DNA of 64,000 nt. It comes from Acanthaster planci (taxonomy: Eukaryota). The number at the start of each line of letters is the position of its first letter. Position 1 is the stretch's first letter. A program made the position numbers and the translations under genes. Shown here in pieces: positions 44,201 to 54,513 of this stretch. The notes beneath the pieces were generated by a model, which worked only from the letters and a program-made list of their open reading frames with translations, was not told the origin of the DNA and did not search any database. Location: NCBI RefSeq assembly GCF_001949145.1, contig NW_019091356.1, positions 2,674,932 to 2,738,931 of the forward strand. The letters run 5' to 3'.

Positions 44201-45563
44201 GTTGATTGACTAACATACTAAACCTGGAAGGAAGGATCCACGTCCGTTCAAGTGGAAACACAGTATATTTTTGTAAAGACTTTGCCACTATCCATATTGC
44301 ACTTCAGCACCAGCAGTTCCATAATCTTCTGTGATGTGTTTAAGTCATTAACGGCAGTGCCATTGATAACTAAAGCAGGTGTCGCTCACAGAGAGACTCC
44401 TCGCCTGCGATAACCACATTTTAAAAGTGTACATTCCGGATCGGTAACATACGTGTGATTGATGGCACCATGTGAACATACTACAACTGCCACTTAGATG
44501 TTGCGCAGTGCCACGCTGTACAGTAAACAGCAATGTTTCAACCAGCTCCCACAACTTAAGAGTAAAGTTACATACAGCAGTAATAAAATATCTGTGGATA
44601 CCACACATGTAACTGACTGATACAGATGTTCGTGTGTATGTTGAAATGGTGAAAGTACCAGAAGAAACCAGCTACGCTGCTTTATCCAAAGATACTCAAA
44701 TCCCGAATTTTTGTGACTTTTCCTCTTGTTGGTCACCTGTAGTAAAATTGTTGTTTTGCTTTTAACATCAGCATCTGACTGTTTTTAACAGATGCTGTAG
44801 GGACCATGACAAACTTTGTCCCCACAGCCAGTGTTTTATTCAATTCAATTCAATTTAATTCAAAGTCTGAAAACTAATAAATATGCAGTTACATGTACAT
44901 TACAGTTGTTAGATACAAATTGTACAGAAATTTAAAAAAGAATCGAGTGATTGGGTATTTTTATTATTGGTTATTATTGGGTATTATTATTGATTATTTG
45001 AAAATTAAGACAAACAAGACATCAAGACAAATATGCACCATGTAGCACACTAAAATTTGAGTCCATCACAAGTCCACAGGTCAGTTCCATCAATTCTGTC
45101 ATGAGCCAATTCACAAGCTATTCAAATGGACTGGTACAGAAGCATTCCTTTGTCCTTGTCCACGCTGTTACTGACAACAGGCCTTGTGAAGGGACATGTG
45201 ACTGGACTTGTAAAGGGGCTTGTGACAAGATTTGTGATGGATTTAAATGTAACACTGCCCACTACAGGGCCTTGAAGATAAGAGCAGTTTGTCCCCTGGA
45301 TGCAGTTACAGCCTTGGCAAAACACACGTGTACATTCAATACCAAGGCATTAGTTTTTGCTCCAGTCCTCTTCAATTCCGGGACATGTATGGATAATCTA
45401 TAAGTCATTTTTCCTGCATGTGAGTCACAGTTCGTCCTCAAGTGCAGCCTGGTTTACACAATCAGTTTGACTGTTTATCAAATGCCTCGTCATGCTTACA
45501 ATTTTATTCTAAATATTTTCCCTCCGTGTCTCTTTCTTGGCGGTGTCCTCCTCCACATCCCAG

Positions 45564-45834
45564 GTCTCCATCTTCCGCCAGATGCCCAACATTGAGGTCA
45601 TCAATGTCAGCGTCAACAGCATCACCACGCTGGAGGACTTTGCCCACTGCCCCAACCTGGCGGAGCTCTACATCCGCAAGAACTGCATCGGCGACCTGGC
45701 CGAGATCTGGTACCTGCGCAACTTGCGCAAGCTGCGGGTGCTGTGGCTGGCGGACAACCCCTGCGCGGCCGGCGACCACTACCGGCTGACGGTCCTGCGC
45801 ATGCTGCCCAACTTGCAGAAGCTCGACAATGTTT
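45564..45834 (+). CDS. CFAP410: CFAP410/C21orf2-like exon: leucine-rich repeats plus LRRcap
   Basis: cccag|GTCTCC...AATGTTT|gtgagt; 271 nt, phase 0 to phase 1. Encodes VSIFRQMPNIEVINVSVNSITTLEDFAHCPNLAELYIRKNCIGDLAEIWYLRNLRKLRVLWLADNPCAAGDHYRLTVLRMLPNLQKLDNV. This matches the CFAP410 signatures LSVNxIxxL, LxELYLRxN, LRVLWLxxNPC and YRxTVLRxLPxLQKLDN. Strong GC3 codon bias. Confidence 0.97.
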
Positions 45835-48070
45835 GTGAGTATTTGGGGGGGGGGTGCTTCAGAGAGACATTGAAATTGAACTGAGAGTTCTCTGCATGTT
45901 GATTCCTCGTGTCTGGGGTAGATTTGTTCCTCGGGAGCAGCAGTGCGTACCGTACTGCAGAGCCTCAAGCACTTGCTTTACCAAGTGTTTATTGAGCAGT
46001 TTCCTGGGATTCGTTTTCATTTCTGGGCAGATCACTCGGATCATGATTTCTTCCCCATTTTGAAATCCCTCAGCCTTCACCCTCTCTGCTTGACTTGCAG
46101 TATGGCACCTGCTGTACCAGTTTTCCTCCCGTGGGTGATCATATTTAACCCCTCCCCCCCTCCACTGCACATCTCGGTTTAACTAACCTCGTGGGGAGAA
46201 CTGAAAAACTGAGTGTTGAAATAAAGACTCGACAGCAGCACTTCTCTTTCTGCACCGTGTCATTAGTCTTCCCAGGTGTTTATATTTTTGAGAAATTTCC
46301 AACAGAAAATTGACAAGACAAAAAAAAAAATCATCCTCTTGAGATGAATTTGAGTAGAAATTAAATTTTGTCAGAGCTGTCTGCAAATTTTTGTTTTTTT
46401 GAAAAGGTTGTACAAGGAGACAATGTAATACCCGGGGGGCAAATTGCATTATCTTATGAAAGACACGAGTGCACGGTGAGTGAGCCCTGATGCGCGCCCT
46501 CTTTTTCTTCACTTGGTGCATTAAACCCACCGTTGAGTCATCAACACATCAGCGGCGTTGCGTTGACAGTCGCCACAAAGGAACCTTTTGGGAAAAAAAA
46601 AACAGGAGAGAACAAAACAATACACGGAGAGAGAGAGCATCTTCACCATCCAAGAAGATTACCTAACGGTGGGAATCTCCTTTGGCTGGGTGACGATGTC
46701 GGCACCAGGCATGCATTTTAAATTTTGGATGAGTGAGACCGGTGCGTTGTCTCTCATGCCTTCCCTCCCCAGTCGGAGCCGCTGGGGATATATATACACA
46801 CCTTACGAACGAGCGACTCTGCCCTGTACATCGCTGACCATTGGTGTGTTGGGGGGGGATGTTGTCGTACAGAAAAGGTTGAAAAACACTGCCGCTTATT
46901 CCGAATGAACTTCCGTGAACCTGCATTGTGGGGCGTCTTGGTCCCATGGGTTATAGAAACATAGCACTCTGAGAAGAATTTACAATTGCAATTACTTCCA
47001 GTGCCAGATAATCACAAGGCACAGCTTTTTTTTTTTTTCCCTTCTTGTTTTGAACATCAGAAGTGACTGGCGACGTCCTATTCCTTAAAATGACACGACC
47101 ATATTCTTAAAATGCAGGGTCCCGACGTTGCTCTTGCCACGCGAGTGTATCTAATTTGTGTAATCAGTCGTAAGTCACAAATTTTATGACCAATCTCTTG
47201 GTGGTGCCGTGCACTTAAAGGAGGATGCGTCATCCGTAGGTTTTCCTGGAGCCGTATGCTGTTTAAATGTGGCACTACAAAAACATCGCAGAAACCGCAG
47301 ATTTGTCACAGAATGGCTGAGTAACATGTTCATTGGAAAACTTTGGGAATTTGGGAATAAAAATTTGCCCCAAATACAGGTTTATCTTTTCTAAAAATTT
47401 GCCCCTCAAAAGGCTTTTTACATACATGTATGCACATTTCTAATGCAAGCCAGATTTGAACTTCTGAAAAAGAATGGCAAAGGAGTACCTACTATACATG
47501 CATAGTGCATGTACAGTATGTCCTCTCCTTTTTGTATTTTTTCCACTTGACCTTTGACTCGGATTATGGTCTCAGGAACAGGCTGGGGTTCTAACATGTA
47601 TTTTAACTTTTGTTGAAAAACTGTATTGTGCCACGCAGAGTACCTGTTTTGTTGTGGCTCATTAAGTGTACAAATATATCTTTCTTTATTCCATTCCAAA
47701 GTGTACATATAAACCTATAACAAATGGTTCCAGATCCCTGAGTACACACCCACACAACTTGAGATTCCCTGGATGCAGAATCTGAAGGTTCCAAGAACTA
47801 TGGTATTGGGGAAAGCCCCTAGTACTGTACATCAGGATAGGCGGGTTTAAGCATGCCCAAGGAATTACTTCCATGGAGAATGATTGTTGTTTATCTTGGG
47901 CCACTTTTTGTGTTCAGCCAAATCCTGGGGAATAAAGTTGAGATAGCTATTTGTACTGACCTGCAGTGTGCAGTAGTCTGACATCTGTTTGCTTTGTAAT
48001 TTGTTGAATTAAGTTCACAAGATTGCTTTTAGTTTCAATGTTTAAACTCCCAAACGAAACACAAGCAGTT

Positions 48071-48438
48071 CAATAAGCCCTTTGTGAGTTAAATTTGAAT
48101 AAAATCTGGTACACTGAGTTACCTGCTTGCACACAAACATAAGAATTTGAATTTGCCAGACTAAAGACACTGTGGCTATACCTCGTGATTCGGGGCAAGC
48201 TTTTGCATAGCGACCACCATCTCTGGAATGGACTGGTTCCTTTGTGCCTTCTTATCCATTGAGAATAGTATATTGTTGCAAGGCGTCTCTTCTGTAACTA
48301 AGCAAAAGCTTGCCCTAAATCACCGAGGTATAGCACCAGGGGTTTTAGTAAGGAGAATTTAAATTGTTACGTTCACATGAATTTAAAGAACTCAGTGTAC
48401 CAGATTATATTCAAATTTAACTCGTAAAAGGCTTATGG
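48071..48438. mobile_element. MITE family A, copy 2
   Basis: ~48-bp TIRs ataagccctttgtgagttaaatttgaataaaatctggtacactgagtt / aactcagtgtaccagattatattcaaatttaactcgtaaaaggcttat. Second internal IR gctatacctcgtgattcggggcaagcttttgc / gcaaaagcttgccctaaatcaccgaggtatagc. Homologous to 26981-27340. Confidence 0.9.
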
Positions 48439-48533
48439 CGTGAAGGCCTGTTGCTGTAGTAGTTTCCTTCACAAGCTTAGTACCTCTCAAAGAGAATCAA
48501 CCTTTTGCCCGTCTGCCAATTTTTTTTTTCCAG

Positions 48534-48684
48534 TGGTGACTAACGATGAGGTGAACAGAGCCATGGAGCACGGCCTGGACTTGGCCCCGCCTATTGCCTC
48601 GCTAAGATGGCAAGCCAATGGCCACATCGCCAAGGACAAAGACATGAGAGACAGCTCAGTAGAAATCAGCCTAGATGAAACAAA
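48534..48684 (+). CDS. CFAP410: CFAP410/C21orf2-like exon: end of LRRcap and linker
   Basis: T-tract-ccag|TGGTGACT...ACAAA|gtaaga; 151 nt, phase 1 to phase 2. Encodes (L)VTNDEVNRAMEHGLDLAPPIASLRWQANGHIAKDKDMRDSSVEISLDET(N). VTxEExxRA is the CFAP410 sequence that follows LDN. Confidence 0.93.
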
Positions 48685-51600
48685 GTAAGAGAAGTTTACA
48701 TAGTTACTGAAATTACCGGGTTTGGATTGTTGGTTGTTTTATGTATTTAGTCTTTTGATCAAATTCCGAAGGAATTTCCACCCACTGCCCATGAAAAAAT
48801 CCCCCTTCCTACGAATCTGTCCAGAGGTTTTTGTCATGATATTGCCAAGTTTTCTTATTTTGTACAACATTTTCTGTTCTTTTAACAAATGTTTTTGTTT
48901 TGATTTAGTTGAAATTCAGATCCCAGCATGGTATTTTTTTATATCATTCCCCACCTCCAGGAAAGATAGTCCATTTCTCGCCAAATATCTTCATTCTCAT
49001 TCAAATAATGGTGGAAACAGCATTTTGTTTGCAAAGACGTTCTTTGTTTGCTTTTCATCTACTCCAAAACTACTAGCGAGAAATCAAAATAAAGCAACAA
49101 TGCTTTTCCCCTCAGCCTTCAAAGTCAATTATTCCCCGGGAAATCTTCATTTCTACCTTTCCCCTGGCTCACTGATATCCATATGAATTTATTCCTTTAT
49201 GCAGGCTAGTGGCTGGGGGGGGGAGAAATCACTTTATTTATGCTGATGCGCGCTTTGTCTTGCCCTATGAATCATCACTTAAATTGGTGCAAAGATTTCG
49301 TGGCTATTTTCTTGAGATTACCGGTGAGAAAGCGCATGCAGATGTCTGACCTCAGCCCGGACACGAGTTGAGGCAGGCGGTGATTTGAAAACAGATAGAT
49401 GAAGAAGGGTGGAGAGAAAAAAAAAAAAAACTGAATGAATTGAGTTATTGCACTTTATTGGATCTACCACTGCAGTCATGAGTTATGAGTAATACCTCCA
49501 GTAGCCCGGAGGGTATCTGGAGGGACGGGGGCTTTACCCCGAGGTTGCAGTACACGAGGACCAATTGAAAGGCAGAAATCAACCCGGATGCTGAGGCACA
49601 GACGCTCTCGGCTTAAAACCTGGTCTTCCTTGTGAAACACCTGCATTTCGCCTTCCTTCCCTCTAGTCTGTGGGGTCAGCTTTCTGATTGGCTCAGAGAT
49701 GAAGAAAAAAAAAAAGGGTTTGGTGGGTAGGTAATGGGGGTTTAGTAAGGAAGGTCATCCCTGATTGGATGCTTGGAATCCCCAAATGTCTCAATTATGT
49801 CACAGATTAGGCATCTGCTACCCAAGTCAACGAGTTTGATGAGCAGTCAGATGTTTTTGGTGTTACAGATGGCATTGCCAGATTGACCGGTCTCTTACGA
49901 GGACACAGTTATTAAGAATAAGGAACTGCTTGGTATAGCGCATTGAAACTTACTGGCGACAACCCTTTAGACTTGTTTCTTGTTTCTTAATCGGTGTGTC
50001 AAAAAATACCCGCTTTCTTACAAATAAGATTCATGCACAGATGAGATCAATGCATGTTTGTGCGATGCATTATGATCTGCTCACATGCACATGTATATAT
50101 GCAGAAAAAAGGTCAGGCTGGATCAGGCAACTTCTCGAACTCCGAGCAATTTACGTGTAACCCACAAGTACCTCTAAACAGATGCAGAGGTCATGACTGA
50201 TCGGATGGCGATTTAAACAGCATATTGTCCCCTTCCCTGCCCACCCACCACCACCGCCGCCGCCGCCGCCAATCTGATGAGGGTGAATTAATACATGTAC
50301 GTGTTGGACGGGGGTAAGTTTAATCACAGATTGGGTACTGCTCAGAGGCGTGTTGCATTATCCTCCAGTCCCTGCGGCTGTTTTGACTTCTGCTCGAGTG
50401 GCCTCTCCCAAGTCTGATTCACCCTTTGCTTACCGTCCCCTCCCCCACACTGAGGACTTCCTCCCAACGTGCAGCAAAGGGGGCTGGCAGATTACAGAGA
50501 GACGTTTCAGCACCCCAGGTGTTGACGAGCCCAATCCACCAGCACTCCATCTCAAAAATGTTCCCTTCCTGCAGCGCCTCCCTCCTTGATTGCAGACCAT
50601 TGTTCTTCTGGCCAAAGGCTGTAAATTTCCTCTTTTTGATAGAAAAGGACAAAAGGAGAAAAACCTCCCTCTCATCTCCCTCTTCCCTGCGGGTGCTGCT
50701 CCTAAACAAGATTCTTCCTCGCCCCCTTTCCATCCTTGGCTAAAAAAATGAATCTTATTTTCATTTCCCCAACGCGTGTCGTCTCTGGTAGGATTTTTTC
50801 TGGATCGCGGGCAGTGCATTCATTATCCTCACACCGGGGCAATTTGGCAGGGACACTGTCTGTCTCTTCCCATTAGTCCTGGACAAAAGATAATCCTTAC
50901 CCCCTTCTCCGTGGTCCCTTCCCCCCTTCTGCCCTCCCTTCCCCTCTATCCCCTCTGGCCGGATTGCCTCATTCGTCCTACTTGCGCCAAGCCGAGAAAT
51001 AACCCCCTCCCTTCCCTGCACCCACCGTGATTTTTACCTGGGTAATCCTGAGTAAATAAAACTGCCTTTGTTGTGGAAAGCAGCCATTTCGGCAGGGGCT
51101 GGCAAACCCAACGGGCTCACGAACAGAGAGAGGGAGAAGGAGCGACAAATCATTTGTTTTTTCTTCCCCTTTGGCCGTGATACCGTTGATTGAATTTCAT
51201 GTTGGAACTCCAAGGGTGTACTTAAAGTGATGCTTGGCAAGAAAACCAAGGAAAAGAATGGCTTAATGGATAAATTTTATGTATCGAGTCCTTAAAGAAA
51301 TGGACGTGGGACACATTAACTCATTGTTACATGATTCATGCATGCATGTGCTTACAAATCAATGTTTTTGTACTACTCAATACTTAAATAGAATATTAAA
51401 TGTACCCTTCGTATTATTTGCAGAAATGCGTATGGTTTCAAAATCACTTTGGAGGAAAATGGTTTTCTATCAGGTGTAACCTCTACCGAGACAAGTATTT
51501 CAACATTCGAATAATGTGTATTTCCATTCAGTTGCATCTTTCAATATCCAGTTTAACAAAGGCTTCAGAGAATTTTAAAAATCTGACACCCTACAGAACT

Positions 51601-53295
51601 GTAACCTTCCTTTTCTTTATGTTGCAGTCAGTGTTCCAAATATTCAAGTAAATTTTCAAGTGTTTGCAAGCTCAAGACCCCAATATTTTAATATTGGATA
51701 ATTGATTGATTGGTTAGTGTTAATGAAATATTTAATACTCAGATATTCAGCAGAGATTTATTGGAGATTTATATTAAACGCTGAGAAACCACTGTCTGCT
51801 CCTCCTTTGCTCAGTCTTGTACCCTACAAAACACAATTTACAATGGCCTTTACTGGAATCCAAACAAACTCACCAGACTCTGAGCAAGTCTGATCTGATC
51901 GATGTAGAAATCTGTTGCTCTGAGGACCAGAATGCCAAAGATCTCATCTGGTTGTCACAGCCCCCCCCCAAACTCAGGGTCAGTCTTTCTGCTGTAAAAT
52001 TGGCTGCGATTGATTTTACTGTCAGGACAATTAGATCTGTGGATACTCGGGATATTTAGTTCCTGATCCCCTGGGCACATTATCTCCTTAGCCTTGTAAG
52101 TACCCAATTAGTGTCATTCAGCCTTCCCTATTTAGGTCTATTAACATGCTGTTTGTTTTCACATTGGTTTTTGAATTGTTTTTTAAGACAACAATGAGGT
52201 GCCCAATTACAGCTCATCATGTGGGATATTACTGTTATTGTGTATTGTTGTGTTATGTATTTTCCGACTTTGTAAAGGCACGACCGAGCAAATTCATCGG
52301 TGTCAATTCTTTTGAAATATTGTTCAGATATCCCTTCTTTATATTTATTTACACAAGTCTGTTTTTCACATTTTTTTTTTTGCTGCTACATGTAATTGTA
52401 CCGGTACTTCTCACCTTTAAATTTGGAAGTTGGGTTCTTGTGAATCCCAGAATGAAATGAAGATGGAGGTGTTGGTAGTGGTCTAGCATTTATTGTTCCA
52501 TTTCAGTTTGTAATAATAATAATTCTCCAATAAGACAATGAAACCTGGTCACTGAATTGGGCTCGTGGTGTTTTTCTGTCAACTGTTTTTGCCTCTTCAC
52601 TCTTTTTATGACAAAATCAACAGTGCAAAATTATTTTTAAGTCAAATTTGGCAAATTTCTATAAGAATTGTTAACCCAAATTTCAACCAGACAACTGCTG
52701 ACCTGTTTCTACTATCAAAACAAAGCCTGACTGTACCCCAGCACATCTATGTCATTTATTGCTCTACAACCACATTTGTCCCTGTGCTTTTTTTGATGGT
52801 GTACATGTAGTTTTTAAGGTGTGCAGCGCAGATGTGGACACGTACTAGTACCATTTGTCGTGGGAGTTTGATGTGATTGCACTTTTCCAGGTTATATTGG
52901 AACCCGGTTCCCATTTCCACGTACGGTAGAGTGCGTGCGGATCTGTGATTACTGTTTACCAACCTGAAGCCAGACACAAGGCATCTTGCCCATTGCGTGA
53001 TACCCCCGTAAAGTGCCTCGTGTCACAATGCTCTGTTTGCTAATTTAAGCCAGATGTTATTTTGCAGGCCTCTTTTGGCTGTGGTTTTCATTTCATTTCT
53101 ATTGGCAACCGACCAGTGGAAAATTGTGCTTTCATTTTAGACAGGTTTCTTTGGAGTCTGCAAAAAAAAAAAGTCCCAGGGATTCCAAAACTTGAACCAA
53201 GTTCCGACCTTGTTTGGTTAATTGTCTGGCACTCAAGAGTTCCCATCACATTTCTAGATTTTAACAGAAAGTAGTCGTTATGTTACTTTCCCCAG

Positions 53296-53383
53296 TAAAA
53301 TCAGAGAAGAATTGGGACTGAAGCCTTTGCCCGTCGACAAACTCTCGCCAGCCAAACACAGAACGGGCTCAAGTAAAGGACGG
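53296..53383 (+). CDS. CFAP410: CFAP410/C21orf2-like linker exon (absent from ORF track)
   Basis: ttactttccccag|TAAAATCAGA...GGACGG|gtaagc; 88 nt, phase 2 to phase 0. This is the phase change needed to join the 48684 donor to the 56851 acceptor. Encodes (N)KIREELGLKPLPVDKLSPAKHRTGSSKGR. Confidence 0.9.
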
Positions 53384-54257
53384 GTAAGCCGAAGGAGAAA
53401 AACCTTTTCTTTTTGTACAGAAAGTGTGTGCATGTGACTGGGTAATTTCAACAGCTGTGATTTGATTGTCTGCTCTGTACAAGTGTGATTACAAAGTCGA
53501 TTCACTTTACATGTTTGTGAGCATTAAAAGGTACTCGTAGCTGCAAATAATTTTTCTTGGACGCAATTTTTCTGCAACTCTGTACTCTTCTTCAATATAC
53601 GAACACTCTTTTGCACACCCATCTGGTTAAATGCACTGAAATGTGCACTTTTTGATACACTGAAAATTATCTATGTTTTCCCGGACAACGGAGGGCGCTG
53701 TTGCTGTTATGTCATCCAGGGAAGACATAGTTCATTGCATAGGCTTTTCTATTAAAACTGTGAACCCAGAAGTTACTTATTCAGTACATTGCAGAGAAAA
53801 GTACATACTAATGTACTAGTGCCCACCCGGTGCTATGCACATAAACAACAATGAATCAGCATAGAAGATTTAACCCAGAAAAAGTATTAAAATGCATGAC
53901 TTTTTTGTGTACAATGTAAATGTGACATTTAGGCTTTCTTCCTGGGATAACATCACAGTTTTGCTCATGAATATTAAAATACTCATTAGCATAGAAACCA
54001 AAAAGGCAGCAAAATGCCCTTTGAAATAAGGAAAGAAAAGTTGAAAATCAGGTTTACTGAGACTCAAAGGTGCGTAGTGAAGGTTTTTAATAAATCAATT
54101 CATTTCAGCTACCCTTAAAGCCATTGTATGATTTCACAGTAGGGGTTCTTGTGTCTGATTGTGTCATCTGTCAAGCTTTTATTCACTCTTGGTTGCAATT
54201 TGGGGGGAGGGAGGGAAGAAAGCCATTGATTGCTTTTGGTTTGTACAAGGGGAAGCA

Positions 54258-54513
54258 AATATTTGATCGATTATCGAATATTTGAATATTGTTGTCCGAA
54301 TTTAAATATTTAAATGCAAAATTCATGGAAAGGAAGGGAACATTTTCTTTTGCTTAAAATGAAAAAAAAAAATGCACTGTGGAGGCTTGTTTCAAGCAGA
54401 TTTAAATGAAAAGTGACAGTCATCAACAATCTGCCGCTCAGTTCGACCGAATATTCGGTTGAATTGAAGGTCCAATATTCGAATAGTGAATTATTCGAAT
54501 TGACTCAGCCCTA
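54258..54513. mobile_element. Truncated MITE with GAATATTCG subterminal repeats
   Basis: Repeated cgaatatt/attcgaat motifs at both ends and a right terminus ...cagcccta. Flanked by direct repeat ggaagca (54251-54257 and 54514-54520). The left TIR is missing. Confidence 0.5.

Noticed and set aside
45442..45968. Overlapping ORFs 45442-45789 (+) and 45504-45968 (-)
   Set aside because: Shadow frames of the GC-rich CFAP410 exon.
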